Shown: positions 18,028 through 28,045 of the stretch, in pieces
How the letters are laid out: each line of letters begins with the position of its first letter
Position numbering within the stretch: the stretch's first letter is position 1
Assembly: GCA_964468255.1 (NCBI GenBank)
Contig: CAYXTB010000003.1
Coordinates: 1 to 40,675, forward strand
Source: Candidatus Woesearchaeota archaeon
GTDB taxonomy: Archaea; Nanobdellota; Nanobdellia; Pacearchaeales; GW2011-AR1
Reading direction: 5' to 3'
Length of the DNA: 40,675 nucleotides
Position numbers and translations under genes: made by a program
The notes under the pieces: model-generated
The model's database searches: none
What the model was told of the DNA's origin: nothing
Seen by the model: the letters and a program-made list of their open reading frames with translations, nothing else

Positions 18028-18437
18028 GAAATAAAAGGGCTTGGCTTAGAATAGTTGAGGCGACAATAGCTATACTTATAATAATCGGAGCAGTTGTTTT
18101 TCTTTCATTAAGCAACAAGCCAAGTATAAGAACAGATTTCAGCGATCTTCCTCATTCTATTTTGAATGAAATGGCTAAAAATAAATCACTAAAAGAAAAA
18201 ATTATAGGAGATACTCCTGGAGTGCAGGGAAATGTAAGTGCGTTTGTGGCCTCAAGGTTAAATACCAAACAGATTAATTTCTCTGTGCAAATATGCTCTC
18301 CTAATAGCGAATGCTCTCTTTCTTCTCTTCCTAATAATTTAGAAGGAGATTTATATTCAAGCGAAAGAATAGTAGCGTCAAACTTGACTCTATATAATCC
18401 CAAAAAGCTGAGGCTTTTTATCTGGAGATATAGATAA
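18021..18437 (+). CDS. Minor pilin-like protein
   Basis: KRA|WLRIVEATIAILII. Confidence 0.7.
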   Translation: MVGNKRAWLRIVEATIAILIIIGAVVFLSLSNKPSIRTDFSDLPHSILNEMAKNKSLKEKIIGDTPGVQGNVSAFVASRLNTKQINFSVQICSPNSECSLSSLPNNLEGDLYSSERIVASNLTLYNPKKLRLFIWRYR

Positions 18438-18492
18438 TTACCCGAATCTTTATTGAAGCAATATTTATAAAGTTCCCTTATTTCAGAGAAGA

Positions 18493-20112
18493 ATGAAGAG
18501 GTTTGTATATTCTGGGCTTGTTTTCCTGGCTGTTTTTGCAGCAAGCATTGTTCTTTTCTTGCAATTTGCGTCAGCTTCTGTAAACAGCTGCCAAGGGGGA
18601 AGCAAGCAAGTAATTTTCTCTTTATATGAGCCGACAAATTCTCATGGCGCAGTTGATAATGAAGCAAATGCCCAGTATAAGGTTTGTTATGACCAGATTT
18701 TTGGGCAAAGCTATACTGGACCTGATTCAACTTTAAGAACATGCTCTGCAAGCAATAAGATTGTAAGATTAACTGGGACAACAAACGCGCATGCTGAAAT
18801 TCCTACGAGAACTAGTGCTGAATATAGCACTCAAATCTGCTATGGAGATTTAACGTGCAGAGTAGTTAGCGGCAGTGCTTTATGCGATGGTACTAATGAA
18901 TTTCTCGTTGTGGCTTTAAGCGATGATGGAAATGCTCATTTATCTGCAAGCTCTGGAACAGTATACACACGAAAAATATGCTGCAGTAGTGCTAGTTATA
19001 CTCCTCCAATAAATTGCAGCACTAGTCCAAATCCATTTGTGCAAATAAACCCTTTTTCGCAATATTATGAACAAGACAATGTCCCTATTAGTGCCACTGC
19101 AGGATATCTGGGGCAAACAAATGCAAGAATAACTCAAGTTGAATTCTTTGTCGACGGAGCTTCTATTGGGATAGTGCAGAGCGGTGCTCAAGCATACAGC
19201 ACAGTCTGGCAGAGAGCAACGGCTGGGCAACATACTATTATTGCAACAGCAACTGATTCGTGCAGAAAAACAGGCAGCGATACAAAGATCCTTAATATTG
19301 AAACTATTCCAACACCAACGATAACGAAAGCGGAATGGTATGATCCTAATACAAACAGCAAAGCTTTCCAAGCCCCTTTGGAAGCTTTAGTTATTGCGAC
19401 CGGCCAAACAACTTATTCTCAAGGAACAGCGTTTGGTATCGAAATTTTTAAGCAAGGCTTGGATAATTCTATCTATACTACATCAATTAATTCAGATAAT
19501 TCTGGGGTTATAAGAACAAGCAATAATAATTTGAGACAATTATTAAATAATCAGGCAGGAGTAGGAGATACTATTAAATTTATAGTTCGCCATCAAGACG
19601 GGAATGAAAATACAAGCAATAATTTGCGTATTACAGGTGCTGGCACTCCGACCTGTACAAATATTGGACCTTGCGAGCTATTTACAAGTCAAGGCCAAGA
19701 TGCATGTATACATGCTTGTCCAGAAGGTGCTCCGCCTTCACAAGCGAGTGATGATCAGTGTCTTACAGGACCAATATACGAGAACAGATGCGTTTGGAAT
19801 AATAATCGATGTGATTATAATAGCACGCGCTTTAATGTACAACAACAAGCAGAAGGAAGTTGCATTTCACATTATGAAAATTTGGGAGACTGTATAGATG
19901 GTAAAAGAAGGGTTAATGTGACTGCTGAGTATAAACCTGGAATCTGTAGAACTGGCTCTTGTAGTGCTAAAGAAACTTACATTCCATGTGGAAGATCAAT
20001 TGCTGCTTTGCCATTCTTCACAATTACTCAACTAATAATTGCAGCTATATTGATAATAATTGCCTATGTAATTATCTTCAGAACAAACATCTTTAAGCAT
20101 AAGAGAAGATAA
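18493..20112 (+). CDS. Cys-rich membrane-anchored surface protein with Ig-like domain
   Basis: Signal peptide, three N(A/S)H repeats, Big-like domain (ITQVEFFVDG...AGQHTIIATATD), LPFF-TM-basic tail. Confidence 0.8.
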   Translation: MKRFVYSGLVFLAVFAASIVLFLQFASASVNSCQGGSKQVIFSLYEPTNSHGAVDNEANAQYKVCYDQIFGQSYTGPDSTLRTCSASNKIVRLTGTTNAHAEIPTRTSAEYSTQICYGDLTCRVVSGSALCDGTNEFLVVALSDDGNAHLSASSGTVYTRKICCSSASYTPPINCSTSPNPFVQINPFSQYYEQDNVPISATAGYLGQTNARITQVEFFVDGASIGIVQSGAQAYSTVWQRATAGQHTIIATATDSCRKTGSDTKILNIETIPTPTITKAEWYDPNTNSKAFQAPLEALVIATGQTTYSQGTAFGIEIFKQGLDNSIYTTSINSDNSGVIRTSNNNLRQLLNNQAGVGDTIKFIVRHQDGNENTSNNLRITGAGTPTCTNIGPCELFTSQGQDACIHACPEGAPPSQASDDQCLTGPIYENRCVWNNNRCDYNSTRFNVQQQAEGSCISHYENLGDCIDGKRRVNVTAEYKPGICRTGSCSAKETYIPCGRSIAALPFFTITQLIIAAILIIIAYVIIFRTNIFKHKRR

Positions 20113-20159
20113 ATATCATTCTAAGGTATTTATAATTGCCTTGCCAGATTAACTATAGT

Positions 20160-20245
20160 GAAAAACATAAATAATTGAGCAAAATAGTATGTTTTTCCCT
20201 TGATAGTCAAGACCTTTCTGCTCAATTTTTAAGGTCGTTGACTAT
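20160..20245 (+). ncRNA. Candidate structured RNA: two hairpins with 9-bp complementary loops
   Basis: Stems 20160-69/20188-97 and 20203-16/20231-45; loops aattgagca/tgctcaatt; TTTATAA at 20129. Confidence 0.5.
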
Positions 20246-20382
20246 AATTAAATTGCAAATATGTGATTATAATTTATATTTCAACATGATTTATTAATGG
20301 AAGTGAAAAGCAAAGGTTTAAATAATGTTATTACTATTTTATAGTAACATAAGTTAATATGAAACAATAACTTAAAAATAAT

Positions 20383-21234
20383 ATGAGGAAAACACTTGAA
20401 AATATAGTAAAAAAGGCAAAAAACTCTGTTGGAAAAGCTGCAAGCATGCTTGCTTTAGGAACATTACTTTTTGGATATGAACCAGAAGCAAAAAGCGATG
20501 TTATTTTCAGCATGGATGCTAAAAATAGTATAAATGTAAAAACAAGAGCGGTTACTGAAAATTCTTTTTTGGATATTTTTGTTTATGCTGATAATACGAC
20601 AGAAAATAATTCTACTCTTGGAACTGAATGGACCTTAGAAGCGCCAGCGGATATAACTCATTTCAGTACATCACAACCTCGCCCATATATAAATAACTCT
20701 CAAACAGGAGGCGAAACCAATGACTTCTTTTATCCTAATCCAATGAGCTCAACAAATAGTAATGGCTTGCAAAAAAGCATGAGATATGTTAATAGCTCTC
20801 AAGGACCTTTTCAAAAAAAAGGATGGGTAGGTAAATTCAGCTTCTATATTCCTGATAACGGGCAATTAGGGAAGAGAGTGTTTAGAGTAAGCGAGACAAA
20901 GGCAGTTTCTGCAAATGGAGAATCGCAAATATCAAGAGGAAGTTCAATGACCATAGAAATAATTCCTAGTTATGATATATTGACAAATGCTCCTATTATA
21001 CTAGAAGATTTAAATTATGCTCCAAATACAATATGTAAAGTTCCTTACTTGCATGTTACAAAGTTTCGAAGACAACTTGTTATTGATGCGTCTGGCGATT
21101 CTAGAAACTGGGCGCCGATATTTACAAATAATAGTTATAGTACTGAATTTAATCGCTGGGATCCATTTGATTTTATCGATAAAGATGCGGAAAATATGGA
21201 CAAAAGGTTTTACAGAGCAAGAACAATTGACTAA
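20383..21234 (+). CDS. Secreted protein with RFYR-type C-terminal domain
   Basis: N-terminal signal-like segment; C-terminus IDASGDSRNWAPIFTN...FIDKDA...RFYRA. Confidence 0.7.
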   Translation: MRKTLENIVKKAKNSVGKAASMLALGTLLFGYEPEAKSDVIFSMDAKNSINVKTRAVTENSFLDIFVYADNTTENNSTLGTEWTLEAPADITHFSTSQPRPYINNSQTGGETNDFFYPNPMSSTNSNGLQKSMRYVNSSQGPFQKKGWVGKFSFYIPDNGQLGKRVFRVSETKAVSANGESQISRGSSMTIEIIPSYDILTNAPIILEDLNYAPNTICKVPYLHVTKFRRQLVIDASGDSRNWAPIFTNNSYSTEFNRWDPFDFIDKDAENMDKRFYRARTID

Positions 21235-21272
21235 AAATAAAGATTTTTAAACCGCATAGCTTTAAAAGATTA

Positions 21273-23951
21273 ATGAAAAAAGAGGCGATTATTGTTTTGT
21301 CTGGGCTGGTTATTTTGATTTTATTCTTATCACTTGGCCAAGCAGCTTTTAATGTCAAAAGCAATAATATACAAAGGCAGTATGTTGGCGGCGACATTAT
21401 AAAAGGAACTATTAATATGAGCTTCTCAAATGAACCTGCACAATCGCTCCTGATAAGCAATTTTCTTGGAAATATAACTTTAATTGAGTTATTGAAAAAA
21501 AATAGTTTTGCGGAAGGCAATGATTATAACTGCACTATCAAAAATTGCGTTACAGGATTCTTAACAAAAAGCCCTTCCCCTTTGACATCACTTTCCTTAA
21601 ATGATGCAGAAAGTAAAATAGTAGGATTCAAAATTCCATCTGGAACTAATGTTCAAATCTCATCGATAAAGCTTTCTTTGACAAGCGACATTGCGGACTC
21701 TTGTCCAAAGCAGTTTGAAATAGATGTTCTCAATGAAAGCAAATATTTTGTGCAAAATTACAATTATAAAAATATAAGCTGCGGATTTTCCTATAAAGGG
21801 TGCTTTGACAATTCTCTAGCAGAAGACTTATACCAAGAAGCAGAATTATCAAATAGCGAATATTGCGAGAAAATAAACTTGCCTGTTGCTCCGGCATATA
21901 AAGTAGGAGCAAGAATAACAAACAGCACGCAAGGAAGTGCTCCCAACAGAATGCGATTATATAGTGATGATTGGGCAACTATCCCAGGAGCAGAGTGCTT
22001 TCTACCAGCACAAACACAACAAACCCAGGATGTTTCATGTATTATAAATTACACTGGTGCAAAAAGAAAAGACTACTTTTTGTGCATTTCTAAAACTGGA
22101 GCAGCATCAACGAACTATAAAATAAAAACAGAGCAATCTGGACAATTCTGCGGTGTTGACTCAAGCAGTTCATATGAATTCACAAGAGATTATGATCTTT
22201 TTGTTGAGCTAATGCGCTTTGACATTGTTAACATAAGCATAAATGAAACAACCTTCTTTAAAATGAACCAAGAAGGATTAGCTAATTATATTGATACTTA
22301 TTTAGTTGACAATTACAATAGAGACTGCTCATCTGGTTGCTTTGTTCCATTAAATATTTACGCAGATTCTAGCCAAACATTTACATTTTCAAATGTTGAG
22401 CTTAAGTATATGGCTGGCCCAGTATTTTCAACATCCTCACTTTATGAGCTGGAAAGAGCAGAGCCGCTTTTAAATTCAAAATATCTTAATATTGACTTAT
22501 CAAAAGCTGACTTTGTAATTCCTTTGGGATCAAAGGAAAGGACATTAAGGCTATTGTTAGGTGAAGAAAGCCTTATCTCTTCTCTAAGCATTAATATCTC
22601 TCCCAGTTTTGATTTTGATTTAAATCCCAAAATTGCTTTGATAGGAATTGGCACTATATTCAGCGTAATTACAGGAAACAATGTAACTTCTGTCTCTTGG
22701 AAGTTTGGAGATGGCAATACACAGGAAACACAGGGAAAAACAATAACTCATAGATATCTTGAGGAAAAGAATTATACCTTAGAAGTTGAAGTGACAAGAA
22801 ATGACGGAATCAAGGCAAAAAAAAGCTTTGACATATTTGTTGGAAATGCAAGAGAAGCTGTAAATACATTAATAAGCAGGTATGACACAAGATTAAGAAA
22901 TATCAGCTCGCAAATCAATGCTTATCCTAATTGGATAAAAAGAGAGATTGAAAAGGAGACTAATGTAAGTTCATTAAATTCAACTTTCCAAGTATTAAAA
23001 ATTCAAGCTAGCGGCGCTTCAAGCGAGAATTATAGTTCCATATTAAACAGCCTTCTTGCACTAAGAATTCCTTTTTCAATTTCTGCGACTGAACAAGGGG
23101 TATTGCCTCTTTCTGTCTCATCTTGGTATATAGACGCAGGATATATGGAAGCTATATCAGGAATTTCAGGATTAACAGAAAGCAAAAAAGAGAACTTAAA
23201 ATATGAAATTATAAATTGGAGCGAGGAAAATTATAGAGCTGATGTTACATACAAAGTCATTTCAAGAGTTGATGATTCTGGAACAGAAAATTTATTTACA
23301 CAATTTAAAATAATAATAACTGAAAAAAATGCGGGAAAAGAAGGGTATTTAGTTATTGACTATCCAAAAGATGCCATAACTTTCATGAGGGATTATGGAC
23401 AGAAAGAAGCCATATCTGGCTCTAAAAATGGAGCAGCGATTCCTGTTTCCGGCTCTAAAGAAGTAGAATTTATTATTCCGGAAAAAATACAAGTGGAAGA
23501 GCTTGGAGCATATATATCCCCTAAATTGAGCGTTTTTGCTTTAGAATCCTCTGGTTTTGTAGAGAAAAATGAAAGGCCTCAAAAAGCATTTTGGTATTAT
23601 ATTTTAGTTGCTATCGGTATTTTTGTATTATATATAATACTACAGGAATGGTATAAGAAATATTATGAATCATACTTATTCAAAAATAAAGACGACCTTT
23701 ATAATATAATCAACTTTATCTATAATACGAGAATATCCCGAATTGGAGATGGAGAAATTAGAAGGAAATTGAGCAACATAGGCTGGAAGGGAGAACAAAT
23801 TACTTATTCATTTAAGAAAATAGATGGGAAAAGGACAGGAATGCTTGAAATTCCAATATTCAGATTCTTTGAGCAGAGAAAAATTAGGAAGGAGATTGCA
23901 AAGAGACATGGCGGCAGAATGGAGGACACAAAGTTTATTAAAAGACTCTGA
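21273..23951 (+). CDS. Large PKD-domain membrane protein
   Basis: Signal peptide, SWKFGDG...THRY PKD motif, TM near C-terminus, cytoplasmic tail with IRRKLSNIGW. Confidence 0.85.
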   Translation: MKKEAIIVLSGLVILILFLSLGQAAFNVKSNNIQRQYVGGDIIKGTINMSFSNEPAQSLLISNFLGNITLIELLKKNSFAEGNDYNCTIKNCVTGFLTKSPSPLTSLSLNDAESKIVGFKIPSGTNVQISSIKLSLTSDIADSCPKQFEIDVLNESKYFVQNYNYKNISCGFSYKGCFDNSLAEDLYQEAELSNSEYCEKINLPVAPAYKVGARITNSTQGSAPNRMRLYSDDWATIPGAECFLPAQTQQTQDVSCIINYTGAKRKDYFLCISKTGAASTNYKIKTEQSGQFCGVDSSSSYEFTRDYDLFVELMRFDIVNISINETTFFKMNQEGLANYIDTYLVDNYNRDCSSGCFVPLNIYADSSQTFTFSNVELKYMAGPVFSTSSLYELERAEPLLNSKYLNIDLSKADFVIPLGSKERTLRLLLGEESLISSLSINISPSFDFDLNPKIALIGIGTIFSVITGNNVTSVSWKFGDGNTQETQGKTITHRYLEEKNYTLEVEVTRNDGIKAKKSFDIFVGNAREAVNTLISRYDTRLRNISSQINAYPNWIKREIEKETNVSSLNSTFQVLKIQASGASSENYSSILNSLLALRIPFSISATEQGVLPLSVSSWYIDAGYMEAISGISGLTESKKENLKYEIINWSEENYRADVTYKVISRVDDSGTENLFTQFKIIITEKNAGKEGYLVIDYPKDAITFMRDYGQKEAISGSKNGAAIPVSGSKEVEFIIPEKIQVEELGAYISPKLSVFALESSGFVEKNERPQKAFWYYILVAIGIFVLYIILQEWYKKYYESYLFKNKDDLYNIINFIYNTRISRIGDGEIRRKLSNIGWKGEQITYSFKKIDGKRTGMLEIPIFRFFEQRKIRKEIAKRHGGRMEDTKFIKRL

Positions 23952-23963
23952 CTAAAAAGAAAT

Positions 23964-24602
23964 ATGATAAAAATATTAAGGGATTTTTCAAGAAGGATTT
24001 TGAATAGGATTTTCAAGAGAAAAGGCAATATAAAAATAGGCTTTTATGGACCGCCTAATTCTGGTAAAACGAGTTTGGCAAATAGAATATGCAAGGACTG
24101 GACAGGAGAAGAAATAGGAATCGTAAGCAAAATTCCTCATGAGACAAGGCATGTTCAATTCAAGGAAAAAGTTGAAATCAAGCATAAGAGCAAGACATTA
24201 ACCTTAAAGCTAATTGACACTCCTGGAATTGCCACTAAAATTGATTATGAAGATTTCCTTAGATTTGGAGTTAAAAAAGGAGATGCGAAGAAGAGGGCAA
24301 AAGAAGCAACCCAAGGAATAATTGAAAGCATACAATGGCTTGATGATATGGATGCTGTTTTAATTGTTTTAGATTCAACAGAGAATCCTTATTCACAAGT
24401 TAATATAACAATTATAGGCAATTTAGTTGCTAGGAAAATTCCCATTCTTGTGGTAGCAAATAAAATAGATTTGAAGAAAGCAGATGCCAAAAAAGTGGAA
24501 GCTGCTTTCCCTGAGTATGATGTCGTGGGTATCTCAGCAAAAGAAGGGACAAACATGGAAGAGTTTTATGAGTCATTATTTAAATTAGCCAAAAAGGCAT
24601 AA
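23964..24602 (+). CDS. oapA: Era-like small GTPase OapA/ArvA
   Basis: GPPNSGKT, PHETR, DTPG, NKID, ISAK; adjacent to OapB/OapC-like genes. Confidence 0.88.
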   Translation: MIKILRDFSRRILNRIFKRKGNIKIGFYGPPNSGKTSLANRICKDWTGEEIGIVSKIPHETRHVQFKEKVEIKHKSKTLTLKLIDTPGIATKIDYEDFLRFGVKKGDAKKRAKEATQGIIESIQWLDDMDAVLIVLDSTENPYSQVNITIIGNLVARKIPILVVANKIDLKKADAKKVEAAFPEYDVVGISAKEGTNMEEFYESLFKLAKKA

Positions 24603-24614
24603 AAGGTAAAAGAG

Positions 24615-25004
24615 ATGAAAAATAAAAAGATAAGAGGATTAAGTCTGCAAGTGATTCCATTTTCAGAAATCATTGAGATGGGAATATCAGAGAGAGTGAA
24701 AAAGATATTAAATCTTGTTTTAGGAAACAAGATAGTTATTATACAAGGAAGATTAAGAGCAGAAGAAGAAGCAAGACTAATTGAGGATACCATGGCCTTA
24801 GTTGACCATCTTAAGAGTTTTAAAGGAATCGAGCTTGCAGTTATAGAGCCAAGCATGAAGGATAAAAATGTCCTATTTAAATTCAGATATAACCTTGCAA
24901 AAACTCTTGTAGGAGATAATGCTGCTTTAACTGTTATTGGACCCTCTTCTGTTGTCAAGGAAATAAAAAGAGATCCCAAAAAAATTGAATTGTTTTTTAG
25001 TTAG
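24615..25004 (+). CDS. oapB: OapB/ArvB (DUF2073) protein
   Basis: EEEARLIEDTM, FKGIEL, LTVIGP motifs. Confidence 0.82.
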   Translation: MKNKKIRGLSLQVIPFSEIIEMGISERVKKILNLVLGNKIVIIQGRLRAEEEARLIEDTMALVDHLKSFKGIELAVIEPSMKDKNVLFKFRYNLAKTLVGDNAALTVIGPSSVVKEIKRDPKKIELFFS

Positions 25005-25010
25005 ATTAAT

Positions 25011-25403
25011 TTATTTAGCGCTTTCTTTCGGCATTTTAAGAGCGGAAGTTAAATCAACGATATATTTTCCGTCTTCTATTTGATAAATTCTTGGTTTATT
25101 AGACGAGAATAATTTTGCTAAATCAATTAAATATTTCCCAGGCTTAAGGACTTTAACGCTTTCAAAATCTAGGAAAATAGGAGTTTCCTCGTCTTTCAAG
25201 CCAGCTATTTCCCTAACATCATTTTCCATCTGCCTCTTTTCAATAGGTGTTAAGGAAACATCTTCATTGCTTGCCATGATTTCTTTCAATTTCTCTGCTT
25301 TTATATAAAAAAAGAACTTGCTATGACAATTAGAACAGCCTTCTAAAGTCTCCTGAGAGCCATCTTGATATATTTTCGAGCAATGAACACATCTATGAGG
25401 CAT
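25011..25403 (-). CDS. oapC: OapC/ArvC Zn-ribbon (DUF2072) protein
   Basis: MPHRCVHC...GCSNC...ESVKVLKPGKYLIDL. Confidence 0.85.
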   Translation of the reverse strand: MPHRCVHCSKIYQDGSQETLEGCSNCHSKFFFYIKAEKLKEIMASNEDVSLTPIEKRQMENDVREIAGLKDEETPIFLDFESVKVLKPGKYLIDLAKLFSSNKPRIYQIEDGKYIVDLTSALKMPKESAK

Positions 25404-25463
25404 TTATTGAAAAATAGAGAAGGCTTAATAAAGTTTTATATATTACGTTTTCTTACTTCTTGT

Positions 25464-26741
25464 ATGAGTCTAAATAAAGTATTAAAAGAGCTTGATTTAA
25501 TGCCTAGCAAAGATGAAATAAGGGAAGCGAAAAGAAAAACAGATGAAGTTATTTCTGCCATGAAAGAGGAGATAAAAAGGCTAAAGGTAAATGCAGAAGT
25601 CTTTTTGGGAGGCAGCCTGGCCAAAAGCACATTGGTAAAAAAAGGCAGGCATGATATTGATATTTTTGTGAGGTTTGACTGGAAATATCAGGATTTAAGC
25701 AATTACCTAGAAAAAATAGCTAAAAATACTGCCAAAAAAACAGGAGGAAAATTAGAGAAAATTCATGGAAGCAGGGATTATTTTAGGATAACAAGAAATA
25801 ATATTGACTTTGAAATAATTCCTGTTTTGAAAATTAAAAAGCCTAGAGAAGCAAGAAATGTAACTGACTTAAGCTATTTTCATGTAAATTATGTAAAAAA
25901 GAAAATTAAAAATAAGAAATTAGCTGGAGAGATTGCAATTGCAAAGGCATTCTGTAAGGCGCAGGGAGTTTATGGAGCAGAGAGCTATATTCAGGGATTT
26001 TCAGGCTATGCCCTTGAATGCCTTATTATCCATTATGGAAGTTTTGAAAAAATGCTTCGGGAATTATCTAAAGTTAAAGAAAATGGGCGCTTAATTTTAG
26101 ACCCTGAAAAAAAATTCAAGAAAAAAGATGATGCTTTGTTTGAGCTGAATGCAAGCAAATTAAAAAGCCCGATAATTCTAATTGACCCTACATGGAAAGA
26201 AAGGAATGTTCTTGCTGCTTTGAGCTTAGGGACTTTCCAGCTATTTCAAACTGCAGCAATGGGATTTCTTAGGCATCCTTCAAAGAAATGGTTTGAAGAA
26301 AAGACGATTGACGAAAAGATACTAAAAGATGCAGCTAAGAAAAAGAAGGCTGAATTTGTTAAAATAAATATTAGAACTGATAGGCAGGTAGGGGATATTG
26401 CTGGAACAAAGCTAAAGAAATTTTCTAATTTTCTAACCAGAGAATTGGGAACTTATTTTGAAACAATAAAAATAGAATTTGTTTATGATAAAGCTAATAG
26501 TGCTGATGTTTACATAATTGCTAAATCAAAAAAAGGAATTATAAGAATTGGCCCTCCGATAGGCATGAAGAAAAACGCTTCTGAGTTCAGAAAAAGAAAT
26601 AAAAGCGTTTTTGTCAAAAACGGATTATTGCATACGAAGATAAAGATTGATTTTACAGCTAAAGAGTTCTTGAATAATTACAAGAAGAAATACGCCAATA
26701 AGATAAGAGAGATGAATATAATCAGATTTGATATTTGTTAA
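25464..26741 (+). CDS. cca: Archaeal class I CCA-adding enzyme
   Basis: GSLAKST..DIDIF, YGAE..GFSGYALE, IDPTWKERNV; start reassigned to ATG 25464. Confidence 0.92.
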   Translation: MSLNKVLKELDLMPSKDEIREAKRKTDEVISAMKEEIKRLKVNAEVFLGGSLAKSTLVKKGRHDIDIFVRFDWKYQDLSNYLEKIAKNTAKKTGGKLEKIHGSRDYFRITRNNIDFEIIPVLKIKKPREARNVTDLSYFHVNYVKKKIKNKKLAGEIAIAKAFCKAQGVYGAESYIQGFSGYALECLIIHYGSFEKMLRELSKVKENGRLILDPEKKFKKKDDALFELNASKLKSPIILIDPTWKERNVLAALSLGTFQLFQTAAMGFLRHPSKKWFEEKTIDEKILKDAAKKKKAEFVKINIRTDRQVGDIAGTKLKKFSNFLTRELGTYFETIKIEFVYDKANSADVYIIAKSKKGIIRIGPPIGMKKNASEFRKRNKSVFVKNGLLHTKIKIDFTAKEFLNNYKKKYANKIREMNIIRFDIC

Positions 26742-26807
26742 ACTGCTTCAAGACGACTCTATTTAATTTGGTAATTTAAGGAGTATCTTTGAAGGAATAG
26801 TCGCATC

Positions 26808-26993
26808 TTATCTTGGAGCATATTTCTGTAATGTACCATGATATAACTCGGCGGCTTTTATAGCAAAAATCGCATGCTCACACTCCAATGTTCTAACTTC
26901 ATTATCTCCTGGTGGGCTCATAAAAGTTGTTTGCTCAAATCTTGAAACTGCTTCTTCACTTGTTTTTAGCTTAGGTGTCTGTTTTTTTTCCAT
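26808..26993 (-). CDS. Small hypothetical protein
   Basis: ATG 2 nt after the TrmB stop codon. Confidence 0.4.
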   Translation of the reverse strand: MEKKQTPKLKTSEEAVSRFEQTTFMSPPGDNEVRTLECEHAIFAIKAAELYHGTLQKYAPR

Positions 26994-26994
26994 T

Positions 26995-27795
26995 TTACTG
27001 TCCCACATTGACAGCAGAGCCATTCCTCAAAGAATACTCAACCATGTTTGTCAATGAAGATGTGAAGAAATTTGATTGAAGCCATACTCCCATTTCCTCC
27101 TCGTCGGTTTCAGGAGTTATCATAAATAAGATTTCTTTCTTGTCTGTAATGTAGAATCTTGCCAGGCTGTCTGTATGCTTAACTTTTAAATTGTGCTTTA
27201 ATGCGAGTTTCTTAACTTTTTCCTGCTCTCCTGATAAAGCAACTCTTACTTTGACATTGCATTTTTTAAATTTTTCCAGAGCAGGAACTAAAATCCTGCC
27301 TTTGTCTTCAAAGTCAAGAGCAGATGTGCATATTAAGACTTCATTTTTTGCATTGTCAAAGAGCTCTCTTAATTTTGCCATTATATTTGACCTGCCTTTA
27401 AAAAAGCCTGTTATTTCATGAGATTTTATCGGGGCAAATCCAGAATTATGCAACTGCTCCAACTCTGTGTATTCGGCTGTACTTTTAAGCTTAGATAAAG
27501 ACTTGACTTTTTCCTGAGCATTATTAAGCATATTAGATTTCATTTTTTCTATGACCTCTGTAGGCTTTACAGAAATGTATTTTACAGGCTTGCCAATCCT
27601 TGTTATTGCAAAACCTCTCTTCTCTAAGGATTCTAAAACATCATATGTTCTACTTCTAGGAACTCCAGAAATATCAGCGGTCTCTCTTGCAGAAGCAACG
27701 CCTTTTGAAAGCAAGGCTAGCCATACTTTAGTTTCATAAATATTCAGGTCAAAGTAGTCTTTAATCCTTTTGACTAATTCTTGTTTTATTATCAT
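26995..27795 (-). CDS. TrmB-family transcriptional regulator
   Basis: LNIYETKVWLALL...SGVPRSRTYDVLESLEKRG. Confidence 0.92.
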   Translation of the reverse strand: MIIKQELVKRIKDYFDLNIYETKVWLALLSKGVASARETADISGVPRSRTYDVLESLEKRGFAITRIGKPVKYISVKPTEVIEKMKSNMLNNAQEKVKSLSKLKSTAEYTELEQLHNSGFAPIKSHEITGFFKGRSNIMAKLRELFDNAKNEVLICTSALDFEDKGRILVPALEKFKKCNVKVRVALSGEQEKVKKLALKHNLKVKHTDSLARFYITDKKEILFMITPETDEEEMGVWLQSNFFTSSLTNMVEYSLRNGSAVNVGQ

Positions 27796-27893
27796 GTATT
27801 AGTGATAAATGAGGGATATTTAAATGTTTCTATTGTTCTTATTATAAAGTTACAACACGATAGATTTATATACTATTATAAGAAACATTTTAG

Positions 27894-27995
27894 ATGGAAG
27901 CTGATAGAATATTGAAGAATTTCAAATTTATAAATCCTGATAGAGATCCTTACAAAACTCATTTGGGAAAATATATTGAATTCAGTGGATTATAA
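27894..27995 (+). CDS. Possible 33-aa leaderless small ORF or gene remnant
   Basis: TTTATATA 29 nt upstream of ATG; MEADRILKNF...SGL. Confidence 0.25.
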   Translation: MEADRILKNFKFINPDRDPYKTHLGKYIEFSGL

Positions 27996-28045
27996 AAGAA
28001 GGCGAGAAAGCGGGAAAGAAAGAAACAAAGAAAAAGAAGAGAAAG

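Noticed and set aside
23964-25463. Replication origin beside the oap genes
   Set aside because: No cdc6/orc1 gene, ORB-like G-string repeats or long intergenic region.
25365-25463. cca N-terminal extension overlapping oapC
   Set aside because: The start at ATG 25464 removes the overlap and leaves a normal divergent promoter region.
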